Source of the DNA: Candidatus Omnitrophota bacterium
Lineage (GTDB): Bacteria; Omnitrophota; Gorgyraeia; Zapsychrales; Fredricksoniimonadaceae
DNA length: 64,000 bases
Reading direction: 5' to 3'
Assembly: GCA_903908245.1 (NCBI GenBank)
Contig: CAIVRE010000010.1
Coordinates: 4,227 to 68,226, forward strand
The notes beneath the pieces are model-generated. The model was given only the letters and a program-made list of their open reading frames with translations, was not told the origin of the DNA and searched no databases. Below, piece after piece: positions 9,657 to 22,427 of this stretch; position 1 is the first letter of the stretch, and each line of letters begins with the position of its first letter. The position numbers were made by a program, and so were the translations under genes.

Positions 9657-11450
9657 ATGGCGCATACATTCCACATCCCTGTAATGGGAACCGGCTTTAC
9701 GATCGACTCGCCGATCCGCGTGGCCCGTTACGGCATTTCCTCTGTCGTTTCGCTGGTGGACGACACCCTCATCGAAAATGTCCGGAAATTCTACGCCCAG
9801 CGCTACGGGAAAAAATACTCCCCTATTAATAAACATGATGATGACTGGCGCGCCAAGCGTATCACCGCCTATTTGAACTTGTCTGATGAGATCGTTGCCA
9901 AACAGTTCGAGGACCTCAAGGCATCCCCTTTCACGCCTTCCAGCGAGATCACCAGGTATTTTGAATTTCTTCCGGACAGTTCCCCGTTAAAGATCCAGTA
10001 CGCTCAAATGCTCGTGGAAAATGACCCCGGACAAAAGCTTGACCTGCAGAACTCCTTGCGCAGCCTGATCACTCCCGGCAAGATCGATGTCAATATCATG
10101 ACCAAGATCGACCGCGCGAATTTCGCCAAAGACGGCACTCCACTCTCGGAGGAATATTCAGACGCGCTCGCAGCCCTGCGCGGCTACGCCAACAGCACGC
10201 TGCGCTCCGCCATTGTCCTTTCGGCGGGGTTCAACCGCCGGCTCTATACTTATATTGAAGATTTCGCCGACTTCTACCCTGACGCAAATGGCCAATTCAA
10301 AAAAGAGATAATCCTAAAAGTCAGCGATTACCGTTCCGCCATCACACAAGGAAAATTCCTGGCAAAAAAGGGCTTATGGGTCTCGGAGTTCCGTGTTGAG
10401 TCCGGGCTCAACTGTGGCGGCCACGCATTCGCGGGGTCAGGGAACCTGATGGGGCCTATCCTGGAAGAGTTCAAACAAAAACAGCGGGAATTGATCGAAC
10501 AACTCGGCAGCACCTGTGTTGAAGCCCTGAAAGCAAAAAATAAACCAGTTCCTTCTTCCCCTCTGACGTTCCGGCTTACGGCCCAGGGCGGTATCGGAAC
10601 AACCAATGAAGACAAATTCCTTCAACGTTACTACGGCGTGGTCTCAACCGGATGGGGATCTCCCTTCCTGCTTGTTCCGCAGGCTGTCCAGATCGATAAT
10701 GACACCCTCACCAAACTCGCGGCCGCCGGCGAGAATGATATTTACTTAAGCGATGTCTCCCCTCTGAATGTCGCCTTCAACAATCTGCGCAATTCATTAA
10801 GCGAGATCAAGAAGTGCCTGCTCATCGATGAAGGGACTCCAGGCAGCCCGTGCATGCTTGGCCACCTGGCCACCAACACCGAATTTACCAAGAATCCCGT
10901 TTGCACCGCATCAAGAGTCTACCAGAAGTTAAAACTGGAAGCCCTTAAAGCGCTGGGCCTGTCCAAAGAAGAATACGAACGGCAATTCAAAAAGATCACC
11001 TCCAAGGCCTGTATCTGCTCCCAGCTTGGGGACGGGGTCTACATCAACGAATCCATCCCGAAAAAAGACGTCCTTGCCCCGGCGGTTTGCCCGGGCCCGA
11101 ACATCGCGTATTTCAACCGGCCAGCGACCCTTAAAGAAATGATCGACCATATCTATGGCCGGCAGAACATCATGCTTTTCAAGAACCGGCCGCATATGTT
11201 CATTAAAGAACTCCGGCTGAACATTGAACAATTTGAGCTCGTCCTGGCCGATAAAAGCACGGAAGCCGCGGATAAAAGGAACGCTGTCATTAAAGAATAC
11301 CAGGCCAACCTGACCGATGGCATCGCTTATTACCGGTCGCTCGTTGCGAATCTCCTGGAAGAGAATGATGCCGCCCGCGAACGCTTCCTGGCCGATCTTA
11401 ATGAATGCGCCAGAAAGATCAGCCAGATATCACCCCCAACAACACCCTGA
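9657..11450 (+). CDS. Conserved hypothetical protein, probable FMN TIM-barrel oxidoreductase distantly related to NMO/FabK/FabX
   Basis: Long ORF starting MAHTFHIPVMG; motifs ESGLNCGGH, AQGGIG, GWGSPFL and a C-terminal Cys cluster. Confidence 0.6.
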   Translation: MAHTFHIPVMGTGFTIDSPIRVARYGISSVVSLVDDTLIENVRKFYAQRYGKKYSPINKHDDDWRAKRITAYLNLSDEIVAKQFEDLKASPFTPSSEITRYFEFLPDSSPLKIQYAQMLVENDPGQKLDLQNSLRSLITPGKIDVNIMTKIDRANFAKDGTPLSEEYSDALAALRGYANSTLRSAIVLSAGFNRRLYTYIEDFADFYPDANGQFKKEIILKVSDYRSAITQGKFLAKKGLWVSEFRVESGLNCGGHAFAGSGNLMGPILEEFKQKQRELIEQLGSTCVEALKAKNKPVPSSPLTFRLTAQGGIGTTNEDKFLQRYYGVVSTGWGSPFLLVPQAVQIDNDTLTKLAAAGENDIYLSDVSPLNVAFNNLRNSLSEIKKCLLIDEGTPGSPCMLGHLATNTEFTKNPVCTASRVYQKLKLEALKALGLSKEEYERQFKKITSKACICSQLGDGVYINESIPKKDVLAPAVCPGPNIAYFNRPATLKEMIDHIYGRQNIMLFKNRPHMFIKELRLNIEQFELVLADKSTEAADKRNAVIKEYQANLTDGIAYYRSLVANLLEENDAARERFLADLNECARKISQISPPTTP

Positions 11451-11468
11451 TAACGTCACTCAATAACA

Positions 11469-13433
11469 ATGCCATCACTGTTCAAAAAGATAAAAACTGC
11501 TCTGGTCGGACACGCCAAGAACCCTTTTGACCGGACGATCTTTCACAAACTCTCTCTGATCGCGTTCCTAGCATGGATCGGCCTTGGGGCCGACGGGCTT
11601 TCCTCTTCCTGTTACGGGCCGGAGTCGGCATTCCTTGCCCTTCAAGGGCATACCTATCTAAGTATCTTTGTTGCTATCGCAACCGTTATCACGGTTTTTC
11701 TCATCAGCGCCAGTTATTCCCAGATCATTGAACTGTTCCCCTCGGGCGGCGGCGGTTACCTGGTGGCCAGCAAACTGCTCAACCCGTCACTGGGAATGGT
11801 CTCGGGCTGCGCGCTGCTCATCGACTATGTCCTGACAATATCGCTTTCCATCGCCAGCGGGGCGGACGCAGTCTTCAGCTTTCTTCCACCGGGATGGCTT
11901 CCATTCAAACTTGAGGCCGGCGTCCTTGTTCTTGTTATCCTTACCATCTTGAACATGCGCGGCGTCCGCGAGACCATTGAACCGCTCATCCCCATCTTCC
12001 TGATCTTTCTGGCCACACATATTTTTGTTATCCTCTACGCATTTATAACTCACGCCGGGGAATTCCCGGTGATCGTAGCCCAGGCCAGGACAGAAGCGGT
12101 CAATGCATCCGCCCAGATCGGGGTTTTCGGTGTTATTTTGTTAATGTTGCGTTCCTACAGCCTTGGCGCCGGAACCTATACAGGGATCGAAGCCGTCAGC
12201 AACGGCCTTCCCATCTTGCGGGAACCGCAAGTGGAAACAGGAAAACGGACCATGTTGTACATGGCTATCTCACTGGCTTTTACAGTCTTCGGGCTGATGG
12301 CTGCCTATCTTCTCTTTAAAGTCGTCCCTCAATCCGGCAAGACACTCAATGCGATCCTGTTCGAGAACATATCCGCTGGCTGGGGCGCCTGGGGCAATGT
12401 ATTCCTTATTACTACTCTTATTTCTGAGGCTCTGCTGCTCTTTGTGGCCGCTCAGACCGGTTTTCTCGGAGGCCCGAAAGTTATTGCCAATATGGCGCTG
12501 GACCGCTGGCTGCCCAATAAATTCACAAACTTGAGCGACCGGCTGGTCACCCAGAACGGCATCCTGATCATGGGGATCGCGGCCCTCATCACACTGGTCC
12601 TCGCCAACGGGAAAGTTCAGCTGCTGGTCATCTTTTACAGCATCAACGTTTTCATCACATTCTTTCTCTCATTGCTCGGAATGTCCCGGCACTGGTGGAA
12701 TGTACGCCGGGAAGACAAAGGGTGGCAACAAAAGATCCTTATAAGCGGAGCGGGACTACTGCTCACGACTTTCATTCTGATCTCGGTTGTTATCATTAAA
12801 TTCAATGAAGGCGGATGGCTTACACTGTTCGTTACCGGGACACTCATAACAGCCGCCATCCTGATCAAGCGGCATTACCTGGCTGTTGCCAAACTCCTGC
12901 ACCGGCTTAACTCTCTTGTCCACGCAACAACCATAACCGCCAAACCCGAAGTCAAAGGGATACCCGAATTCAATACGACCGGACGGGTCGCGGTCATTAT
13001 GGTGAACGGATTTAACGGAATGGGCCTGCACACGTTATTTAATGTCACCCGGTTCTTCGGAAAAGAATTCAAGAATTTTATCTTTGTGCAGGTGGGCGTG
13101 ATCGACGCAGGGAACTTTAAAGGCGCCGCCGAAATTGCGAATCTAGAAGATCATATTAAGAAGGACCTGGCCCGTTATGTCGATTTCATGCGCAGCCAGG
13201 GTCATTTCGCGGAAGGCATCCCTTTTATGGGTGTTGATATCGTCCATGAATCGGAAAAGATCATCGCGGTCATCGCGAAGAGATATCCCAACGCGGTCGT
13301 ATTCGGAGGGCAACTGGTTTTTCCCGAAGACAATCTCTTGACGCGCTGGCTGCACAATGACACCGCCTTCACCTTGCAGCGTAAATTCTACCAGGAAGGC
13401 ATTCCCTTCGTGGTGCTTCCCATCCGGGTTTAA
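11469..13433 (+). CDS. APC-family permease, KimA-like K+ transporter
   Basis: About 12 TM segments; ADGLSSSCYG, PSGGGGY, TGIEAVSNG; soluble C-terminal domain. Confidence 0.8.
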   Translation: MPSLFKKIKTALVGHAKNPFDRTIFHKLSLIAFLAWIGLGADGLSSSCYGPESAFLALQGHTYLSIFVAIATVITVFLISASYSQIIELFPSGGGGYLVASKLLNPSLGMVSGCALLIDYVLTISLSIASGADAVFSFLPPGWLPFKLEAGVLVLVILTILNMRGVRETIEPLIPIFLIFLATHIFVILYAFITHAGEFPVIVAQARTEAVNASAQIGVFGVILLMLRSYSLGAGTYTGIEAVSNGLPILREPQVETGKRTMLYMAISLAFTVFGLMAAYLLFKVVPQSGKTLNAILFENISAGWGAWGNVFLITTLISEALLLFVAAQTGFLGGPKVIANMALDRWLPNKFTNLSDRLVTQNGILIMGIAALITLVLANGKVQLLVIFYSINVFITFFLSLLGMSRHWWNVRREDKGWQQKILISGAGLLLTTFILISVVIIKFNEGGWLTLFVTGTLITAAILIKRHYLAVAKLLHRLNSLVHATTITAKPEVKGIPEFNTTGRVAVIMVNGFNGMGLHTLFNVTRFFGKEFKNFIFVQVGVIDAGNFKGAAEIANLEDHIKKDLARYVDFMRSQGHFAEGIPFMGVDIVHESEKIIAVIAKRYPNAVVFGGQLVFPEDNLLTRWLHNDTAFTLQRKFYQEGIPFVVLPIRV

Positions 13434-13451
13434 CAATTATGCTCCCATTGG

Positions 13452-14330
13452 TCAGCACATTCCCGAATCCGGATCAATACAGGACGTCAGGATCCTGTTT
13501 TTCCCATCCTGTTTTGCCTGGTACATCAGGTCATCGGCTCTCTTGATCAGTGCATCAACAGACAGCGGCGGTGTTATGAAAGTCGCGAGGCCCATACTCA
13601 ACGTCACACTCATCCCCTGTTCACTCATAACCGTATTGAACTTCCTGGAAATACGTTCCGCGATCAAATACGCCTGAGTCGCATCAGTCTCGGGGAACAG
13701 GACAGAAAACTCATCTCCTCCCATCCTCGCCATGAAATCCGTCGCGCGGATACAATCCCTTGATATATCAACGACAAGGCACAAAACACTGTCCCCCGCG
13801 TGGTGCCCGGACGAGTCATTGATGGTTTTAAAATCATCGCAATCAAAATAAAGGACCGAAAGCGGACGTTTATAACGCCGCATACGACTGATCTCCAGTT
13901 CGGCACGCTCGTAAAATGACAGCAGATTATATGCGCCCGTCTTAAAGTCGATCCGGGAAAGCCTCTTTTCACCATCCAATAATTTCTTTATAGCCCCCAA
14001 CATTTGGGAAAATATGACAAAGAAGGTCAACTGGATAAAACCGTTCCAGACCAGGAGAAGCGCCGATACCTGATAATCACGTGCCATGACATCCGCAAGC
14101 ATCCACACAAGGAAGGAAACAATAGAGGTCAGGATCCCCGAACGACGATCCACATACCACACCGACAGAGCGATCGGGGCCAAATAGAACACGGTCACAT
14201 CGATCCCGAATCCCGTCTTCCAATCGATAAAGAAAATAATAACGACCAACGATAATACCGTCGATCTGACCCGGCCCTTTGTCCGTATAAAGAAACCGAG
14301 GAACTTCAAAAAGAAAGGATCTCTGAACAT
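13452..14330 (-). CDS. Membrane-anchored diguanylate cyclase
   Basis: N-terminal TM helices; DCDDFK, RATD I-site, GGDEF; start placed at MFRDP. Confidence 0.9.
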   Translation of the reverse strand: MFRDPFFLKFLGFFIRTKGRVRSTVLSLVVIIFFIDWKTGFGIDVTVFYLAPIALSVWYVDRRSGILTSIVSFLVWMLADVMARDYQVSALLLVWNGFIQLTFFVIFSQMLGAIKKLLDGEKRLSRIDFKTGAYNLLSFYERAELEISRMRRYKRPLSVLYFDCDDFKTINDSSGHHAGDSVLCLVVDISRDCIRATDFMARMGGDEFSVLFPETDATQAYLIAERISRKFNTVMSEQGMSVTLSMGLATFITPPLSVDALIKRADDLMYQAKQDGKNRILTSCIDPDSGMC

Positions 14331-14358
14331 TTCTGGATCTCTCCTGTTCCCTTGTCCA

Positions 14359-14943
14359 CTAACCCGCGATCTTTTTCCCGAGCTCGAAAGCCTGCTCACG
14401 GACGCCAGACAGCTTGACGATCTCCCCCGAAACCCCCGCATTCTTGACAACAAGCGAGGCGTAAACCATCCCGGTGTATCGGGCGGTCAACTGGAACGGC
14501 TTTTCAAAAATATCAAACCCGGCATCTTCATAGCCGCTCCCCAGGAAAACAAACGTCTTGCCCTTAAGCGGCGTTGTCATGGTGTTGGCCGCGTTGTCCC
14601 ACTTGTACAAAGAAAACATCCTGTCCATCATGGCCTTCAGCTGACTGCTCGCGCCATAAAAATAAAGCGGCGAAGCCATTACGATCACATCGGCCTCTGC
14701 AAAACGAGCCACACAAACACTGACTTCATCCTTGATAACACAACGATAAACAGGGCTTTTCTGACATACGCGGCAGGAGGTACAACCCACGGCCTTATGC
14801 TCGAGGTCAGCCGCGCGGATGATCTCGGCAGTCGATCCGCCTGACCGTACGCCTTCCGCGAACCAGCCCACGAGCAAAGCCGTATTGCCATCCTTCTTCG
14901 GACTGCCCGAGATCACTAAAACATTCTTGCCCACAAAAACCAC
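14359..14943 (-). CDS. Iron-sulfur flavoprotein / NADPH-dependent FMN reductase family
   Basis: SGSPKKDGNT, CTSCRVC..C, ASPLYF. Confidence 0.88.
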   Translation of the reverse strand: MVFVGKNVLVISGSPKKDGNTALLVGWFAEGVRSGGSTAEIIRAADLEHKAVGCTSCRVCQKSPVYRCVIKDEVSVCVARFAEADVIVMASPLYFYGASSQLKAMMDRMFSLYKWDNAANTMTTPLKGKTFVFLGSGYEDAGFDIFEKPFQLTARYTGMVYASLVVKNAGVSGEIVKLSGVREQAFELGKKIAG

Positions 14944-14948
14944 CCTTG

Positions 14949-15209
14949 TTACTGCCCAAGGTCCTTATACTGGGAATCCTGCTGTTTCTCGATATCGCGC
15001 AATCTCGACTTCGTTGAATTGAGGATCGCACTGTAACCTGAAGTATCAATGCCGCTCTCTTTGATGGATCCTGCCGTTGCCCTGTCCACAACGGGTTTCT
15101 GGACATACATTTTCAGAATAAAAAAATACATCGCGCAGGCAAGGGCGAGGGCCAGAAGGATCCCGATCAACGAAAAGAAACCCCGGCGGTCGGCCGAAAA
15201 AGGGGTCAT
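14949..15209 (-). CDS. Small exported or membrane-anchored protein with RRGFF leader
   Basis: MTPFSADRRGFFSLIGILLALAL; TGATG coupling to the upstream gene. Confidence 0.65.
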   Translation of the reverse strand: MTPFSADRRGFFSLIGILLALALACAMYFFILKMYVQKPVVDRATAGSIKESGIDTSGYSAILNSTKSRLRDIEKQQDSQYKDLGQ

Positions 15210-15658
15210 CACGCCGCCTTCTTGATGCAGCAACAGCTTTCATCCGCATCACGCAGAATAATTGAAACGATCACCCCCTGGACAGGGACCAGGACCAGCA
15301 TCGAAAGCGTCCAGTAAATTACCACGGTCGTATTGACAGTCATAAAAATGTACGTAGCGATCATACCAGGGACGATCCCCGCAGCCCAGATACAAAGGCC
15401 ATAAAGCAACCCTTTTTTAATAGTCCCCATGCCTTCAAACGCCCTGCTGACCACTTTATACACCGCCACAAAAAGCAGCGATGCCACAAACAAACCCACG
15501 AACAAACGCTTGCTCGGTCCCATTGGCCGCCACACATTGATCGGCGCAAGGCTATACACCCAGCTGAATATCCCGCCGCACAAAACAACCCCCGTGATCA
15601 TCTTGAACAGAAATACCGCCACTGCCGCTAAAAGCTTCTTTCCACAATCACATTTCAT
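15209..15658 (-). CDS. Hypothetical 4-TM membrane protein
   Basis: Four hydrophobic segments; GGAGG RBS before MKCDCG; Cys at both ends. Confidence 0.7.
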   Translation of the reverse strand: MKCDCGKKLLAAVAVFLFKMITGVVLCGGIFSWVYSLAPINVWRPMGPSKRLFVGLFVASLLFVAVYKVVSRAFEGMGTIKKGLLYGLCIWAAGIVPGMIATYIFMTVNTTVVIYWTLSMLVLVPVQGVIVSIILRDADESCCCIKKAA

Positions 15659-15696
15659 AGCTGCCTCCTTTTTTAATCCTTGATCAACCTTCAAAA

Positions 15697-17316
<1,620 letters not shown>

Positions 17317-18105
17317 TTATATTGACGAGTTCTCCGGCAAAATGAGCTCCACAGGGATGTATTCAGGCTTGATATTCTTTATACTGTTAAAGATATTGAT
17401 CTTCAAAGACGGGGTCACCTTTTCCATTTCCGCGATGATCTTCTTGATCGCCGCGCGCTGAGTATGCCCTGAAACCGGACAACGACACCCGCCCAAACCC
17501 CCGATCCCAGCGGCTTTGGCAAAAGTACGGATCATGCTCTCATTCTCATAGGCCAGCGGACGAATAAGGGTAAGCGCACCATCAAAGATCTCCTGACTGG
17601 GACACATCGCGCTAAGCTCACCTTTAAAAAACTGATTAAGAAGGATCGTCTCGACAATATCGTCCAAATGATGCCCGAAAGCGATCTTGTTAAACCCGTG
17701 GCATTGCGCATACTTGAATAATATCTTCCGGCGATTCCAGGAACACCAGAAACAATTCAGGTCAGGATGTTTCTTCCCATCGGATGTCTCGAACAGATTT
17801 GTCCGTTCAATATGACAGAACACCCCCGTGGACTTTACATACGCCTCCAGAAGCCCGAGGTCAGGCCCGGGCATCCCCAGGTCCACATGCATGGCCATCA
17901 ACTCAAAACTGACAGGCGCGATCGCCTGGCGGTGCAGCATCACATTGAGCAAGGTCAGGCTGTCCTTGCCGCCGGAAACAGCAACCAGGACCCTGTCGCC
18001 TTCGTTGATCATCCCGTAATCCCCGATGGCCTTTCCGGCACGACGGGATATTTGATCGAAAACAACAAAAGTGTCCTTGTCAAAATAACTAAACAGGCGT
18101 TCCAT
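17317..18105 (-). CDS. ttcA: tRNA 2-thiocytidine(32) synthetase TtcA family
   Basis: PP-loop SGGKDS, CFWC, GHHLDD, IRPL, CRCP. Confidence 0.88.
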   Translation of the reverse strand: MERLFSYFDKDTFVVFDQISRRAGKAIGDYGMINEGDRVLVAVSGGKDSLTLLNVMLHRQAIAPVSFELMAMHVDLGMPGPDLGLLEAYVKSTGVFCHIERTNLFETSDGKKHPDLNCFWCSWNRRKILFKYAQCHGFNKIAFGHHLDDIVETILLNQFFKGELSAMCPSQEIFDGALTLIRPLAYENESMIRTFAKAAGIGGLGGCRCPVSGHTQRAAIKKIIAEMEKVTPSLKINIFNSIKNIKPEYIPVELILPENSSI

Positions 18106-19021
18106 TATCCCCTCCCAAACGAGCCGACGAAACCAACACGTCAAAATAATCAAACTCCATCTGGATCATTTCATCATCCTTTTTCCGAAGCCACTCGGAA
18201 ATCCAGGCAAAACGAAGAGCGATCATCAAGTCCGTAAAATGCTTGAAACTGATCCCGGCATATTCCCCCGAAGCCCGCAGCCGCCTAAGAAAAGACACCG
18301 GCGCCCCCGACCATAAACATTCGGGATCCTCGATCCCCAAGCAAGATACCATATTCGCCGCGTCATACAGCTCGGGCTTGAGGCCGCAAAACTCCCAGTC
18401 AATGACCGCCGCGATGCCGCCTTCATTCCAGATAATATTGATGGAATGATAATCCCCATGCGCAAAACACACCGGCAATTGATCGTAAACTGGATACAAA
18501 TGCTCCCTGGCATAACGATACATCTTTTCGACCCCAGGCAAGACATCCGGGCGGTTCTTGCGGATAGCCATCATTAATTGATCGATATACCGAGGCAAAG
18601 AAAACACGGGCCCGTCAATGACCGGTGAAACATCACGCAACCGCAATAAGAAATCCGCCGCCGCGTCCCCACGCCAGGCATCAAATATATATCCCGGCCG
18701 ATCAAGTTGAACGCCAGGGACATAAGGAACGACCTGCCAGTGCCGCCCATCATGCTCGTGAAGAAAAACACCCGATGTATCGCGGCGATAAGGCACGGCT
18801 TCACTCAAACCTTTTGTCCTCAAATGCTCAAGGATTTCCGCAATATGGAGCTTTTTTGATAGCAGATCCGCCGCCACGGCTTCCACAATGAACAATGACC
18901 CCTGCCGGTCTTCAACGACCATCCGAAGATCTGTCCGCTCCGGGCTTCCGGCGATAACAATATCCGGCCGCTCACAGGATACATCAATATCCCAAAATTT
19001 AAATACCAATGGATCGATCAT
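18089..19021 (-). CDS. APH/type II homoserine kinase-like phosphotransferase
   Basis: HGDYHSINI (Brenner motif) and IDWEF. Confidence 0.82.
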   Translation of the reverse strand: MIDPLVFKFWDIDVSCERPDIVIAGSPERTDLRMVVEDRQGSLFIVEAVAADLLSKKLHIAEILEHLRTKGLSEAVPYRRDTSGVFLHEHDGRHWQVVPYVPGVQLDRPGYIFDAWRGDAAADFLLRLRDVSPVIDGPVFSLPRYIDQLMMAIRKNRPDVLPGVEKMYRYAREHLYPVYDQLPVCFAHGDYHSINIIWNEGGIAAVIDWEFCGLKPELYDAANMVSCLGIEDPECLWSGAPVSFLRRLRASGEYAGISFKHFTDLMIALRFAWISEWLRKKDDEMIQMEFDYFDVLVSSARLGGDNGTPV

Positions 19022-19983
19022 TGTTTCCTGAATTTTGCCATAAAGAACCCGGAAAAGACACCATCAGGCAACACCCGCCAACAGGCCAAAAGATCCTGCT
19101 TATACTCGCGCCGTTCATAATTCTTTAACGCGGGATACCTTGGAACTCCAGGAAGATCAAAAACCTCAAGCGCGAACTCCCCCTCACTTTTCTTCAAGAA
19201 CCAGTCCACCACGGCCTCATTCTCTTCCGGCGCAAAAGTACAGGTCGAATAGACCAAAACTCCCCCGGGCTTCACGCAACGCCCGGCATTGAGCAAAAGA
19301 CCTTTTTGTTTATGCGCCATTTCCTTGATCTTGTGCGGGCTCCAATAACCGAACGATTTCTTGTCATTGATATCAAAACGGCCTTCTGAACTGCATGGCG
19401 CGTCCACCAGGACTTTGTCAAACAACCCTTCCGGAGGGCGGAACCTCCGCCCGTCCTTCAACAGGCATTTGACATTCTCCGCGCCGGTCAACGCGCAAAC
19501 AGACTTCAACTTAAAGAATCGTCCTTTGACCACTTCGACCGCGGTGATCTCTCCCTGATTCTGCATCATCGCGGCCATTTGAGTTGTCTTGCTGCCAGGC
19601 GCTGCGCAAAGATCAAGGACCCTGTCCCGGGCAACCGGATCCAAAAGGCACGCAGGAAGCACACTGGAAGGCGATTGCCAATACAACCTGCCGTCAGTGA
19701 ATTGTTCAAGATCGCGCAATCGATCCCTGTCCGCTGCGCCAATAATAAGGACATCCCCAACCGACGGATGAACACGGGCTGTTATACCCCCAAGGCCTTT
19801 TAAAAGCGCAACAGCATCCGCTGTTCTCATCTTCAAAGTATTAACACGGATCGCAAAGGCCAAAGGAGATATAAAAGACGCGAGCACACTGTCGTATCGA
19901 TCAACAGGGATAATATTCTTTAAACGCTCGATGAACAGGACCGGCAGGAAAGGCATACTGGCTTGGAGGTCAGGCTTTAACAA
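19018..19983 (-). CDS. RsmB/RsmF (NOL1/NOP2) RNA m5C methyltransferase
   Basis: DLCAAPGSKT, DAPCSSEG, YSTCT, EENE. Confidence 0.92.
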   Translation of the reverse strand: MLKPDLQASMPFLPVLFIERLKNIIPVDRYDSVLASFISPLAFAIRVNTLKMRTADAVALLKGLGGITARVHPSVGDVLIIGAADRDRLRDLEQFTDGRLYWQSPSSVLPACLLDPVARDRVLDLCAAPGSKTTQMAAMMQNQGEITAVEVVKGRFFKLKSVCALTGAENVKCLLKDGRRFRPPEGLFDKVLVDAPCSSEGRFDINDKKSFGYWSPHKIKEMAHKQKGLLLNAGRCVKPGGVLVYSTCTFAPEENEAVVDWFLKKSEGEFALEVFDLPGVPRYPALKNYERREYKQDLLACWRVLPDGVFSGFFMAKFRKQ

Positions 19984-20554
19984 TACCCATCAAGGCATGC
20001 ACTTGATCTAAAAGTGCATCTGAATTAAATGGTTTATCGATACACGCATCAACCCCGATATCAAGAAGCCGCTTCTTGTCCGCTTCCTCAAAATACGCGG
20101 AAACACCAATGATCGATGTGTGCACACAATTAGGCGACCGTTTAACTTTCTGGGCAACTTCATAGCCATTCATCCCGGGCATTTTCATATCAAGGATGAT
20201 CACATCCGGCTTGAACAACAAAAGCTTGATCCCTGCCTCGAAACCGTCATAGGCCACATCAACTTCGAAAGAAAGATCTTTCTTGAAAAGCCGCTTTAAT
20301 GAACTCACCATATTCGCATCATCGTCCACGATCAGGATCTTGCGCGTATTCCCCCGGGTGGAAAGGCTGTCCGGAATAGGCATATTATAATGCTTGAGGA
20401 ACTCAACAAAATCAACTGTCTGAACACGGCTATGATTACCGGGCGTGCGATAAGCTTTCAGTTTGCCATCGTGGATCCACTGCAAAACCGTCCTGAGATG
20501 GACATGGCAAAGCTCAGCAATTTCACCGGTTGTTAAAGGCTTTTCATTTGACAT
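19970..20554 (-). CDS. Response regulator with N-terminal excisionase-type HTH (HTH_17)
   Basis: LTTGEIA..TPGNHSR followed by a REC domain (VDDD, LDMKMP, KP). Confidence 0.88.
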   Translation of the reverse strand: MSNEKPLTTGEIAELCHVHLRTVLQWIHDGKLKAYRTPGNHSRVQTVDFVEFLKHYNMPIPDSLSTRGNTRKILIVDDDANMVSSLKRLFKKDLSFEVDVAYDGFEAGIKLLLFKPDVIILDMKMPGMNGYEVAQKVKRSPNCVHTSIIGVSAYFEEADKKRLLDIGVDACIDKPFNSDALLDQVHALMGIVKA

Positions 20555-20721
20555 AGAGGGTTCCTATTTTTCCATTTTCTCCGCTTTAAAGATATAACGG
20601 ATGCTGCCTGTTGTCAAGAGATCTCACGGATGCGCTCAATATTTTCTTTAAGGCCAAGCAATATCATGACATCGCTATCCTTGATATATTCTACGAAGTT
20701 TTAAAGGGAGGTCCCAGAGAA

Positions 20722-21006
20722 TTATGGAATCAAAATGGGGGCGGAATCCCCGGCATCAAGCAGAATAGAAACAACATTTCTCTTCACTTCAATAAAACCG
20801 GCTTTTTGCGTCTTAAAAAAGACAGCCTTTTCGGAAGAAGGAATGCGCAACTCGAACCGCCCGGGCATCAGCGTTGACAACAAAGGAGCATGATCGGGAA
20901 GGATCCCCATGCTCCCCGCCCCACCCGGAACAGAAAGGTACAGCGCCTCTCCATCAAAGAGGCTGCGCTCAGGCGTTATGATCGAAACAGCGAATGTTCT
21001 GCCCAT
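20722..21006 (-). CDS. atpC: ATP synthase epsilon subunit (short form)
   Basis: ITPE, GILPDHAPL; last gene of the atp operon; 94 aa. Confidence 0.9.
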   Translation of the reverse strand: MGRTFAVSIITPERSLFDGEALYLSVPGGAGSMGILPDHAPLLSTLMPGRFELRIPSSEKAVFFKTQKAGFIEVKRNVVSILLDAGDSAPILIP

Positions 21007-21014
21007 AAAAAGAC

Positions 21015-22427
<1,413 letters not shown>

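Noticed and set aside
19970-20554. Excisionase-like domain as a prophage or ICE marker
   Set aside because: Fused to a REC domain among housekeeping genes; no integrase or att sites seen.
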